Source: Bdellovibrionales bacterium (lineage in GTDB: Bacteria > Bdellovibrionota > Bdellovibrionia > Bdellovibrionales > UBA1609). Taken from it: a stretch of DNA of 64,000 nucleotides. Below the pieces are notes generated by a model that was not told the origin of the DNA, did no database searches, and worked only from the letters and a program-made list of their open reading frames with translations. This document shows, one piece after another, positions 17,380 through 27,022 of this stretch. The stretch lies in the NCBI GenBank assembly GCA_027317865.1, contig DAHVQG010000002.1, forward strand, positions 192,001-256,000. Direction: 5' to 3'. The position numbers were made by a program, and so were the translations under genes. The stretch's first letter is position 1; every line of letters begins with the position of its first letter.

Positions 17380-17849
17380 TGCGCTCCCAACCAATGTGTT
17401 TGTGTATAAACAAACTGTAAAACCAAATTGGCGATCACGCCGGCCACAATGTCGTCTGTCACCGTTCCAAATCCGCCCTTCGCCCGTCGATCAATGGCGC
17501 TGATCGGAAACGGTTTGATAATATCGAGCACGCGAAATAATACAAATCCAGCCAAAAACGCCTGCCAGGTCAGCGGCAACCAAAACATTGTAATAAGAAA
17601 TCCCACGACTTCATCGATAACAATTTCTTTCGGGTCATGGTTTTGCACCGCTTGTTCATATTGTTCAGCAACATAAATGGCTATAAGCGCAAAAACAAAA
17701 ACGGCGCCCATATAACCGTATAATCCGAAGAGAGAAAATAAAAATACCAACGGGATGGCGCCCAACGTGCCCACAGTGCCCGGCATAGCCGGGGCCCGAC
17801 CGAGGTAGAAAAACGTCGCCAAAAGTTCGTTGATGCGTTGCCAACTCAT
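17361..17849 (-). CDS. pgpA: Phosphatidylglycerophosphatase A
   Basis: PGTVGT, DPKEIVIDEVVG, FRVLDIIKPFPI and GG.G...DD..AG motifs. Confidence 0.96.
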   Translation of the reverse strand: MSWQRINELLATFFYLGRAPAMPGTVGTLGAIPLVFLFSLFGLYGYMGAVFVFALIAIYVAEQYEQAVQNHDPKEIVIDEVVGFLITMFWLPLTWQAFLAGFVLFRVLDIIKPFPISAIDRRAKGGFGTVTDDIVAGVIANLVLQFVYTQTHWLGAQWMHLT

Positions 17850-17908
17850 AGTTTTCCCTAAGTGATTTGCCGGTCAGAGCCTAGTGAACTTGACGAACAT
17901 CGGGGTTG

Positions 17909-17936
17909 TCAACTGTTCGCACGTAAATACCGATAG
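17909..17936 (+). promoter_or_regulatory. Candidate sigma28 promoter for the pilT-like gene
   Basis: TCAAC-N15-ACCGATAG about 65 nt upstream of ATG 18001. Confidence 0.4.
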
Positions 17937-18000
17937 TTAAACAGTAAGGGAGGGCTGAGCCGCAACCGCACATGTCGTGCGGGGTTCATATGCAAGGTTT

Positions 18001-19287
18001 ATGGGAATTACTTTAGACGATATTTTGCGCTTAGCGACTCAAAAAGGCGCCAGTGACGTGCATTTAAAAGCTTGGATTATTCCCGTAATCAGAAAGCACG
18101 GGCATCTTCGACCGCTCTCCGCTTCTTTACCTGCCCTTTCCGGTAAAGAAATCGAAGACATGGCTTTTCAACTTATGGACGAGCAGCAGAAGCGCATATT
18201 TCTAGAAAAAAAAGACATCGATCTATCGTACGGCCTTTCGGGCGTCGGCCGATTCCGTATCAACGCATTATTTCAACGCGGAACAGTCCGACTGGTAATT
18301 CGCAATATTCCGGATCAAATCTTAAACTTTGAACAGCTCAACCTACCGCCAATTATAGAAAAAATCGCGCAGCGCGAGCGCGGATTGGTCCTTGTAACAG
18401 GTGCGACCGGCTCCGGTAAAAGTTCAACACTTGCGGCGATGGTCGATTATATCAATCGCAATTACAGTAAGCACATTTTAATGATTGAAGATCCGACTGA
18501 ATTTTTAATCAAAGACCGCCGCAGCATTATCACTCAACGCGAGCTTGGTAGCGACACGTTAAGCTTTGCCCAAAGTTTACGCGCCGCTTTGAGACAAGAC
18601 CCGGACGTAATCTTAATCGGCGAAATGCGCGATCGCGAAACAATTGAGATTGCTCTTTTAGCTGCCGAGACGGGTCATTTGGTCCTATCAACCCTTCACA
18701 CACTGGACGCACAAGAAACAATCAATCGTATTCTCGCCGTGTTTGAACCGCACCAACAAATGCAGATGCGCATGCAATTGGCCTCGACACTTGCTTCTAT
18801 TGTTTGCCAAAGGCTTTGCGCGCGAAAAGACGGCAAGGGTTACGTTCCTACCCTTGAAGTTCTAATCAACAATGCCCGCATATCTGAACTCATCGCGCGA
18901 CCTGACGGCCTATCTGAAATTCGCGCGGCAATGGAAGAAAGCCAGGCCGTTTGGGGCATGTGCACATTTGATCAATCCCTCATGGATCTAATCGCCGCCG
19001 AAAAAATCTCGTACGAAGAAGCATTAAAGGCTTCAAGTCAGCCAGAAAACTTTGCCGTTCGTTACAATGGCGTTTCTCATATGGATGGGAAAAAATGGGG
19101 AGATCCCAATTACTTCGGCCGCCGGGCCGCACAAGCCTGGCAAGACCTTTCAACCATGGAAGTTGAAAACACAACGGGCAACCACCGTTTGCACAGTGAC
19201 AAAGCGGTCAAATTGCGCGACAAAAAAGGCCATGAAAAAAAGCCCTCAACATTCGGCCCCTTGGGGCTTTTCAAAAAAGCAAAATAG
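18001..19287 (+). CDS. pilT: Type IV pilus retraction-family ATPase (PilT/PilU-like)
   Basis: ASDVHL, Walker A GATGSGKS, IEDP.E, LRQDPDVILIGEMRD and AETGHLVLSTLHT motifs. Confidence 0.9.
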   Translation: MGITLDDILRLATQKGASDVHLKAWIIPVIRKHGHLRPLSASLPALSGKEIEDMAFQLMDEQQKRIFLEKKDIDLSYGLSGVGRFRINALFQRGTVRLVIRNIPDQILNFEQLNLPPIIEKIAQRERGLVLVTGATGSGKSSTLAAMVDYINRNYSKHILMIEDPTEFLIKDRRSIITQRELGSDTLSFAQSLRAALRQDPDVILIGEMRDRETIEIALLAAETGHLVLSTLHTLDAQETINRILAVFEPHQQMQMRMQLASTLASIVCQRLCARKDGKGYVPTLEVLINNARISELIARPDGLSEIRAAMEESQAVWGMCTFDQSLMDLIAAEKISYEEALKASSQPENFAVRYNGVSHMDGKKWGDPNYFGRRAAQAWQDLSTMEVENTTGNHRLHSDKAVKLRDKKGHEKKPSTFGPLGLFKKAK

Positions 19288-19753
19288 TCCGCACGTAAGC
19301 AGCGACGAAGCCCGCGCCTTTGAAAAATGTATGCGTCTTCTCGCGCGGCGCGACCATTCTGTAAAAGAACTGCGCGAGAAACTTTCACCGTTTTATACCA
19401 ACGAAGTCATTGAGTGCACGCTTACAAAACTAAATGCGCTTCGCCTTTTGAAATCTCCTGAAGAACTATCTCGATTGTGGAGCGAATCCCTTCATCGCCA
19501 AGGTAAAAGTTATCGCCAAATTGAAAATAAACTGCACCGGTTGAATTTACCGAGCACCCCCCGCGACAAAGAGCTAGAAAAAGAAAAATGCCTAAAACTC
19601 ATCGAGCGCCGTTTTAGTAAAAGTATGCAGCACACAGGCACACCGCATATCACTTTCGAAGACAAAGTGAAAATAAAGCGTTATTTGCTCTACCGCGGAT
19701 ATGATCATGAAACTATAATGAGTGTTTTGCGAGGACTTGATGAAAAGCGCTGA
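19232..19753 (+). CDS. recX: Regulatory protein RecX (start uncertain)
   Basis: RLLARRDHSVKELREKL and KIKRYLLYRGY motifs; directly upstream of alaS. Confidence 0.85.
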   Translation: MKKSPQHSAPWGFSKKQNSPHVSSDEARAFEKCMRLLARRDHSVKELREKLSPFYTNEVIECTLTKLNALRLLKSPEELSRLWSESLHRQGKSYRQIENKLHRLNLPSTPRDKELEKEKCLKLIERRFSKSMQHTGTPHITFEDKVKIKRYLLYRGYDHETIMSVLRGLDEKR

Positions 19754-22472
19754 AATCCGATCTCTTTTTTTGTCCTACTTTCAAAAAAATGGCCATCGCA
19801 TAGTCCCCAGTTCAAGGCTCATTCCTGATGGCGATCCAACGCTATTGTTTACCAATGCCGGAATGAACCAATTTAAGAATGTGTTTTTGGGCCTTGAAAC
19901 GCGCGATTATAAACGGGCGACCAGTTCACAAAAATGCGTGCGTGCCGGCGGCAAGCACAACGACCTCGAAAATGTCGGTTTCACAGCACGCCACCATACG
20001 TTTTTTGAAATGCTCGGTAATTTTTCGTTCGGCGACTATTTCAAAAAAGAAGCCATCCATTATGCTTGGGAGCTTGTAACAAAAGAATACCAACTTGATA
20101 GGTCGCGCCTCTACGTCACGGTTTTTCAAGACGATGACGAAGCCGCCGACATTTGGCACAAACAAGAAGGCGTCGATCGCGAACGCATTTTTCGCTTTGG
20201 TGAAAAAGATAATTTCTGGCGAATGGGCGCATCCGGACCGTGCGGGCCGTGCTCTGAAATTTTTTATGATTTTGATCCTAACGGTAAAACAAGCGCTTAC
20301 GATGAAATTAAAAACGGTACGGATCGTGTTGTCGAATTTTGGAATCTTGTTTTTATGCAGTTTAACGAGAGTGAAGACGGCAAACGCACGACGCTGCCCA
20401 AGCCGTCTGTTGACACGGGCTCAGGGCTAGAGCGTATGGCCACAATCCTTCAAGGTAAAACTTCAAATTATGACAATGATTTGTTTCAAGCCTTGATCGG
20501 CTCAGTTGAAAAAGTAACCGGTCTTGAATATGTACGCGAACGCAAACCTTCGGCTGAAGACGAACTGCGAAATGTCGCCATGCGTGTTCTTGCCGATCAC
20601 GCCCGGGCCTCGGCCTTTCTTGTAGCCGACGGCGTGCTGCCTTCTAACGAAGGTCGCGGATATGTATTACGCCGAATCATGCGACGGGCGCTTCGCTATG
20701 GCCGCAACCTTTCGGTTGAAAAAAGCATTCTCCCCTCAGTTGTTGAGCGCGTAATTGAAGAGATGAGCGAAGCGTATCCCGAACTTCGCACCCGACGGGA
20801 GCACGTTCTGTCGACAGTTCGAGACGAAGAAAAGAGATTTTTTTCTACTCTTGACCAAGGCATTCAGATTCTTGAGTCGGAGTTTACTGAAATGAAAAAA
20901 CGCGGCAGCCAAATTGTCGATGGTAAATTCGTGTTTAAATTGTACGACACGTTTGGCTTTCCGGCTGATCTGACGGCTCTCATGGCGCGCGAACGCGGAT
21001 TTCAAATCGACGAAAAAACGTTCGAGCGGCATTTAGAAGACGCGCGCGATTTAGCCCGCTCTTCGTGGAAGGGTAAAGGACTCTCAACAAGCGAAGCGCA
21101 TCTTATAAAAGTAACTCAAAATATCGCAAAAAAATCGGGACCAACCATTTTTACCGGTTACCATGGCGTTGTTAGCGATCAGGGCCATGTGCTTTTTCTT
21201 TCAAATGGATCTAATGAAGTTCCAGCGCTCTCACCGGAGCAAACGGGAGTTATTGTACTTGACCGAACTTGTTTTTACGCCGAAAGCGGCGGCCAAGTCG
21301 GCGACGTGGGCCAAATTGCCGGGGCTCGGGGTCTTGCTGAAGTACTCGACACGACAAAGCTGAATGACATTTATTTACATCACGTGCGGGTTGTCGACGG
21401 CGAGTTTAACATTTCAGATGAAGTACAAACCAAAGTCGACGCAGTAAAGCGCGCGGCAACCGCCAACAATCACTCCGCAACTCACCTTCTGCACGCCGCT
21501 CTAAGAACTGTACTCGGTACGCATGTATCGCAAGCTGGGTCACTCGTCGCGCCTGACAAATTGCGTTTTGATTTTACTCATAATAAGCCCATGAGCGCTG
21601 AAGAACTCAGCACCGTCGAAGCTATGGTGAACGAAGAGGTCGCGCGTGCACGAGTTGTTGAAACCACGATAATGACCCCCAAAGAGGCCATTGCGGCGGG
21701 AGCGATGGCACTATTCGGAGAAAAATACGGCGAAAAGGTGCGCGTTTTGAAAATGGGCGACTTCAGTATGGAGCTATGCGGTGGCACACACGTCGACAAT
21801 ACCGCGCAAATTCGCTTTTTCAAAATTGTGAGCGAAAGCGGGGTTTCTTCAGGAGTTCGGCGCATCGAAGCCATTACCGGAGAAACTGCTGCACGATTTT
21901 TAATGAAGCACACGCGCGAAAATACAGAAGCCCGCACGGCATGCGGACTTCACGAAAACTGGCAACAATTTATGCAGTCGGATTCACGAGTTGCTCTTTG
22001 GGTCGAACGTGCTAAAGAGCAGCAACGCCTGCTCGAGCGCGAAATTCAATCGCTAAAGGGCGCAAAAATTAACGTCGATGAACTTTTGACGTCGGCGGTA
22101 GCCTTTAAAATTGCTAATGCGAAAAATGCGAGCGAAACCCTCCACGGGCGGTTGGTGTTTGCCAATCTTGAAATCAATGACCGCGCGCTGTTAAGTCAAA
22201 TTAGCGATCGACTTCGCGATAAAATTCAATCTGGAGTTGTCGTTTTGATCGGCCGCGCCAGCGAAGACAGTGGTCGTGAGGGCGCTCATCCGATCATAGT
22301 GACTGTAACCAAAAATCTTGTGCCGACATTAAACGCGGGCAAAATTTTGGGGGCTGTTGCTACTGCGATGGGCGGAAAAGGTGGCGGCCGTCCCGATTTC
22401 GCCCAAGGCGCTGGCCGCGATCTATCAAAAGCTAAAGAAGCTTTGGGTGCCGTGAACGCTTTTTTAAAATAG
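19740..22472 (+). CDS. alaS: Alanine--tRNA ligase
   Basis: LLFTNAGMNQFK, HHTFFEMLGNFSFGDYFK, HSATHLLH, ELCGGTH and GGKGGGRPDFAQG motifs. Confidence 0.99.
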   Translation: MKSAEIRSLFLSYFQKNGHRIVPSSRLIPDGDPTLLFTNAGMNQFKNVFLGLETRDYKRATSSQKCVRAGGKHNDLENVGFTARHHTFFEMLGNFSFGDYFKKEAIHYAWELVTKEYQLDRSRLYVTVFQDDDEAADIWHKQEGVDRERIFRFGEKDNFWRMGASGPCGPCSEIFYDFDPNGKTSAYDEIKNGTDRVVEFWNLVFMQFNESEDGKRTTLPKPSVDTGSGLERMATILQGKTSNYDNDLFQALIGSVEKVTGLEYVRERKPSAEDELRNVAMRVLADHARASAFLVADGVLPSNEGRGYVLRRIMRRALRYGRNLSVEKSILPSVVERVIEEMSEAYPELRTRREHVLSTVRDEEKRFFSTLDQGIQILESEFTEMKKRGSQIVDGKFVFKLYDTFGFPADLTALMARERGFQIDEKTFERHLEDARDLARSSWKGKGLSTSEAHLIKVTQNIAKKSGPTIFTGYHGVVSDQGHVLFLSNGSNEVPALSPEQTGVIVLDRTCFYAESGGQVGDVGQIAGARGLAEVLDTTKLNDIYLHHVRVVDGEFNISDEVQTKVDAVKRAATANNHSATHLLHAALRTVLGTHVSQAGSLVAPDKLRFDFTHNKPMSAEELSTVEAMVNEEVARARVVETTIMTPKEAIAAGAMALFGEKYGEKVRVLKMGDFSMELCGGTHVDNTAQIRFFKIVSESGVSSGVRRIEAITGETAARFLMKHTRENTEARTACGLHENWQQFMQSDSRVALWVERAKEQQRLLEREIQSLKGAKINVDELLTSAVAFKIANAKNASETLHGRLVFANLEINDRALLSQISDRLRDKIQSGVVVLIGRASEDSGREGAHPIIVTVTKNLVPTLNAGKILGAVATAMGGKGGGRPDFAQGAGRDLSKAKEALGAVNAFLK

Positions 22473-22487
22473 TCCCCCCGAAATAAC

Positions 22488-23453
22488 TCATCGGAGTTTT
22501 TTTTGTACCATCAGGCCCATGAGTTCAAACATGGTGTCAACAGCTGCGAGTGCTGTGATTTCGGCGTGATCAAAAGGGGGCGAGACTTCGACGATGTCGG
22601 CCCCCACGAGGTTTTGAATTTTCAGCGCACGCAAAATGCGCTGAGTTTCGTAGGTCGTAAGTCCACCCGGAACCGGCGTGCCGGTGCCCGGAGCGCAAGA
22701 CGGATCAAGACAATCAATGTCAAAACTAATATAGGTGGGCGGGCATTTTGAAGATTCATCGAAATTTGGCAAACCGGCAATAAACTTTTCAAGCCCCCCG
22801 ATGCGAATATCGTCAACCGTTGTGGAGCGAATTTTATAATCACGCGCAACTTTTAAATCATTTTCATCGACAAGGGGCCCGCGCAAACCAATTTGCAAAG
22901 TATGCTTCGGATCAATGAGCTTTTCGACCAGCGCGTGACGCACAAACGTGCCGTGATGGTATTCGCAATCCCACGCCGCGGGATACGTGTCGAGGTGCGC
23001 ATCGAAATGGATGAGCGCCAGTTTTCCGTATTTTTTGTGAAGTGCGCGCAACACCGGCAACGTCGTGGAGTGATCGCCACCGACTGAAACAAATCGCTTA
23101 TTAAGTTTCATGAGCTGCCCGAAAAACTTTTCGATCCGTTCGTAGGTCATCTCTTGATCGACCGGTACCGTCGGGCAGTCACCGATGTCAGCAAAACGCA
23201 GACTTGACCACAAATGTGTACCCCGCGCCCAATTGTAACCGCGCCCAACAGACGATGCTTGGCGCACAGCCGTGGGGGCAAAGCGCGCGCCCGGCCGGTA
23301 ACTCGTACCGCCATCGTACGGAACACCCATCAATCCCACGTCGTAATCGGCATCGACCGGAACATGCGGCAAACGAAAAAATGTTTTTATCGCTGAAAAC
23401 CTCGGGAACTCCCGCCCGCTGATCGGTTCATATTTAATGTCATCGCTTTTCAT
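22488..23453 (-). CDS. speB: Agmatinase (ureohydrolase family)
   Basis: GGDHS, HFDAHLD, HGT, SFDIDCLDP..APGTGTP and D.VEVSP motifs. Confidence 0.9.
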   Translation of the reverse strand: MKSDDIKYEPISGREFPRFSAIKTFFRLPHVPVDADYDVGLMGVPYDGGTSYRPGARFAPTAVRQASSVGRGYNWARGTHLWSSLRFADIGDCPTVPVDQEMTYERIEKFFGQLMKLNKRFVSVGGDHSTTLPVLRALHKKYGKLALIHFDAHLDTYPAAWDCEYHHGTFVRHALVEKLIDPKHTLQIGLRGPLVDENDLKVARDYKIRSTTVDDIRIGGLEKFIAGLPNFDESSKCPPTYISFDIDCLDPSCAPGTGTPVPGGLTTYETQRILRALKIQNLVGADIVEVSPPFDHAEITALAAVDTMFELMGLMVQKKLR

Positions 23454-23454
23454 T

Positions 23455-24102
23455 CTAAAACACTCCTAAATTGCCGCGTTGGCGTCCGCAATGCCATACA
23501 ATTTTTCGAACGACCTCAATGCGCGACGCTAATTTCAAATGTTTCACCTGTGCGCTCAAACCATGCGGAACGGGCGGGTCAACCAAAAATTTGCCGCTAG
23601 CCAACTGCTTCCGCTTTTGTAACGAAAGTTCAAGGTCTTGTTTTAGATGACCGTTTCGCCACTCATAAACAAACCATTTTTGCGTTTGAATACCTGTTGT
23701 TTTGTCAGGAGCCGCCCAAAGTTGAATTTCAATCAGCCGTCGCTTGCCAAAAGTTCTTAATCGCACAAAGCTCCACTGAACCTTTGGGCCAGCATCGGGG
23801 AGCGTAATTGTGTCGCGATGGCGCACGTCGTGGACTAAGATTTCATTTTGCCACACTTCAACATTAAAACCGTGATCATAAAACCGGCAATCTTTCAGAG
23901 CCCGCCATTTCTCGGCGCATATAAATGCGTAACGATGACTACGATGCACAAACATCGCCCGCCGACTGGTTTTTTTGACCAAAACAGCATGTGCGGTTGT
24001 CATGAATAGTGATGCAAAACATGAAACTAGTAACACCTTGACGGCAAAAGCTAAGGCTCGCGATACTATTTCGCACGGAGTTTGATTTGAACCCTGTTTC
24101 AT
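23455..24102 (-). CDS. Basic secreted hypothetical protein
   Basis: 215-aa ORF with a signal-like segment ending AHA; abuts speB. Confidence 0.6.
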   Translation of the reverse strand: MKQGSNQTPCEIVSRALAFAVKVLLVSCFASLFMTTAHAVLVKKTSRRAMFVHRSHRYAFICAEKWRALKDCRFYDHGFNVEVWQNEILVHDVRHRDTITLPDAGPKVQWSFVRLRTFGKRRLIEIQLWAAPDKTTGIQTQKWFVYEWRNGHLKQDLELSLQKRKQLASGKFLVDPPVPHGLSAQVKHLKLASRIEVVRKIVWHCGRQRGNLGVF

Positions 24103-24217
24103 CTATCGTAAAATTAAGCTCTGTCTGGTCAATCAGCAAGCCCGAAAGCGTCGAGCCGAAAACGATACGCGCAGACGGCACGCGAAGACGGCAGTCGTAA
24201 GCGAGTCGTGAGGCAGA

Positions 24218-26455
24218 ATGAACGTTCAAAAGCGGATTGAAGATTGGTATCTTGAAAACAGGCGCGATTTGCCGTGGCGCCGCGACCGCGATCCATATCA
24301 AATTTGGATATCTGAAACTATGCTCCAACAGACCACTGTTACGGCCGTTATTCCTTACTACGAGCGATTCTTAGAAAAATTCCCAACCCTTTATGATTTA
24401 GCAAATGCAAAAATTGAAGACGTTTTACGTTTGTGGGCGGGGCTAGGTTATTATTCACGTGCGCGAAATTTGCACGAAGCCGCAAAAATCTTGGCCAAGC
24501 AAAAAAGCTTTCCGCGTACCTATAGTGAGCTCATAAAATTACCGGGGTTCGGGCCGTATACCGCGCGTGCCGTTAGTAGTCTTGCCTTTTCTGAACCCGT
24601 GGGAGTTCTCGATGGTAATGTAATTCGCGTGTTAACGCGCCTCCATTCACTGCGATGGCAGTGGTGGCGGCCGCAAATGCGCTCGCAATTACAAAGATTG
24701 GTTGACCAATTCATCGCACCAGGCCCCGTAAACATCCTCAATCAAGCTTTAATGGAACTTGGATCGCAAGTCTGCACTTCGAAAAATCCAAAATGCCGTC
24801 AGTGTCCGCTAGCTAAGGATTGCCTGGCACAAAAAAACTCCTTGTGGGGTGTATTGCCTCTAAAAAAACCACGAAAAGCCGTTGAAATATGGCAATGGAC
24901 CGCAATGATCGAAATGCGTGACGGCCAAGTACGACTCACTAAAAACGAGGCGCCGTTTTTGCACGGCCACTGGCTTTTACCGGGGCTGGCTAAAAAGTTA
25001 AAAAAGGCGCCTAAAAATTTTGATTTCCGTCATCGAATTACCCATCACGACATCTATGCAACAGTTCAACAGTTGGCGCGCCCGGATCGGCAAAAGTCAC
25101 GCTCCCAAAAAGATAAGGCATCGCGCTGGGTTTCAATTCAAGATCTCGATGCCGTTTCCCCATATTCACTAATGAGAAAAGCTTGGATGAGCCAGGCAAA
25201 GTTAAACCGGATATCCGGCAAAGCTACCTTGCGCGTCGTTATGTTCGCTTGGTTTATAACTACGATTTTAACGGCGCTGTTACTCATGTTTGCAGGTTGC
25301 CAGTCGATTAAAGTTGCGCCGATTTCGGCGAAGCCTTCACGCCCCGCCGAAAAAGTCGGCACCTACACGTTACTTACTCAACAGGGTGTGAATCGCACCC
25401 CGCGATTGTCGCCGAACGGGAATCGACTGCTCTACGTGAGTTCAAAACGCCGATCGCACAGAAACCCCCAGTTATATGAACTCAACCTCAAAACCGGAGT
25501 CGAAAACCGGCTGACATTTCAAGATGGCGAAATTTTTGATGGTGTTTTTAATCGAACGGGTAGACGGATCATCTACTCAAGCAGCACTGATGAAATTAAA
25601 GAAAATCCAGTTTATTTGATCGAAGCCATCGATCAGTTCAACAATGGCGGAGAACCGTTGAGCCCCGAAGAAATTCAGTCCGATGATTTGGCTGACCCAA
25701 AAAATTTTTGGGGCGCTAAACTCCCACCGACGGACATATACGAATCTATGATCGATGGCAGCCACCTCCTTCGTTTTACGCGAACCGACTCGTTCGATGG
25801 CGAAATAAGCGCCAATCCCCAGTCGAATGAAATTGCGTTCGTCGCGTACCAAAATAATCGGCTTGTACTTTACCGAATGAATTTGAGAACCCGCCGAATA
25901 AATAAATTATCGCCGATTCCCTCTTCGATTGCGACGGTGCATTCGGCCGACGAATGGCCGCGGTTTAGCCCGGATGGGCGAAAGTTAGTATGGGTTCATG
26001 AAATCGGACCGAAAAAAACCGCGATTTGGATCGCCAATGCGGACGGTTCAGACTCGAGACGACTGATTGGCGGTAACGCCATTTACTGGACGCCGACATG
26101 GCTATCTAAAAACAATGAAATATTATTTTCTTCAAACCGCAGCGACCCTTCAATATTTGAACTCTACGTTGTGAAGACCGACGGCTCCTGTTTGCGGCAA
26201 ATTACGAGAAACTCGAAATTGCATAAGTTTTTTCGAATGTGGCAGGCTGAAATCGATCCGAAAGAAGAACACATTTATTTTACTTCTGATGTAAGCGGCA
26301 CAGACCAAATTTACAAATGGACTTTGAGCAAACGAATACAATCAATTATAAATCATCCGTGCCCGCCGGCCGCGTCACCTACAAAGGCTCCAACCGCTGC
26401 AGCTACCGCCGCTTGCACTCCACCAGCGTCATGTGTACCATCAAAGGCGAAATGA
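24218..26455 (+). CDS. mutY: A/G-specific adenine glycosylase MutY read through in frame into a TolB-like beta-propeller lipoprotein
   Basis: RDLPWR, ISETMLQQT, GLGYYSRARNL, LPGFGPYTA, LDGNV.RV and Fe-S motif C-x6-C-x2-C-x5-C. From about aa 320: signal peptide with lipobox FAGC (Cys361), then PD40 repeats (PRLSPNG, PRFSPDG, FSSNRS). Confidence 0.85.
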   Translation: MNVQKRIEDWYLENRRDLPWRRDRDPYQIWISETMLQQTTVTAVIPYYERFLEKFPTLYDLANAKIEDVLRLWAGLGYYSRARNLHEAAKILAKQKSFPRTYSELIKLPGFGPYTARAVSSLAFSEPVGVLDGNVIRVLTRLHSLRWQWWRPQMRSQLQRLVDQFIAPGPVNILNQALMELGSQVCTSKNPKCRQCPLAKDCLAQKNSLWGVLPLKKPRKAVEIWQWTAMIEMRDGQVRLTKNEAPFLHGHWLLPGLAKKLKKAPKNFDFRHRITHHDIYATVQQLARPDRQKSRSQKDKASRWVSIQDLDAVSPYSLMRKAWMSQAKLNRISGKATLRVVMFAWFITTILTALLLMFAGCQSIKVAPISAKPSRPAEKVGTYTLLTQQGVNRTPRLSPNGNRLLYVSSKRRSHRNPQLYELNLKTGVENRLTFQDGEIFDGVFNRTGRRIIYSSSTDEIKENPVYLIEAIDQFNNGGEPLSPEEIQSDDLADPKNFWGAKLPPTDIYESMIDGSHLLRFTRTDSFDGEISANPQSNEIAFVAYQNNRLVLYRMNLRTRRINKLSPIPSSIATVHSADEWPRFSPDGRKLVWVHEIGPKKTAIWIANADGSDSRRLIGGNAIYWTPTWLSKNNEILFSSNRSDPSIFELYVVKTDGSCLRQITRNSKLHKFFRMWQAEIDPKEEHIYFTSDVSGTDQIYKWTLSKRIQSIINHPCPPAASPTKAPTAAATAACTPPASCVPSKAK

Positions 26456-27006
26456 ATAACGGGTTGAAAAAACGGCTTCTTATTGGTTTAACTATTTTGA
26501 TTTCATTCTTAATGGCGCCAACAGTCTTTGCCGCCCCAATGCCGCTGACTTCGTCATCTATTTTTATTTCTGGTAAAAATGGCGTTTTTTATTCGCCGCT
26601 TGGTTTCAGCCTTAACGCTGCTAATACCGACTGGGATCTAACGCCAAAGCCAAAAAATAATCGTTTTATCAAAACGATTTATCGGTCACCTAATGACCCG
26701 GAAGCCTTGCTTACCGTACGCGCTGACAAAATTGCCCGACCGGTAAATGTCGTCCAATATGCGAAAAAATGGTTAAATGATTACCCGCGGTTTGGCTTTC
26801 AAGTTTTGCAAGCAAAGCGCGTGAAAGTCTCGGGTCAGCCCGCCTATCTGGTCGATCTCTTGAGCCATGAGAGCGGAAAGCAGCTCCGGCAAGTTTTGTT
26901 TGTCAAAGGCGATACTGCAATTACGCTTACGTGTCGCGATAGCATCAAACATTTCGGCCAGACGCTAAAATCTTGCGATAAAATCATTCGCACTTTTCAG
27001 TGGTAA
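26452..27006 (+). CDS. Secreted protein, PsbP/DcrB-like fold
   Basis: The ATG at 26452 overlaps the upstream stop; signal peptide; V.GQPAY...QVLFV...AITLTC...F......I..TF pattern. Confidence 0.6.
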   Translation: MNNGLKKRLLIGLTILISFLMAPTVFAAPMPLTSSSIFISGKNGVFYSPLGFSLNAANTDWDLTPKPKNNRFIKTIYRSPNDPEALLTVRADKIARPVNVVQYAKKWLNDYPRFGFQVLQAKRVKVSGQPAYLVDLLSHESGKQLRQVLFVKGDTAITLTCRDSIKHFGQTLKSCDKIIRTFQW

Positions 27007-27022
27007 ATTGTCTTCATGGTTA

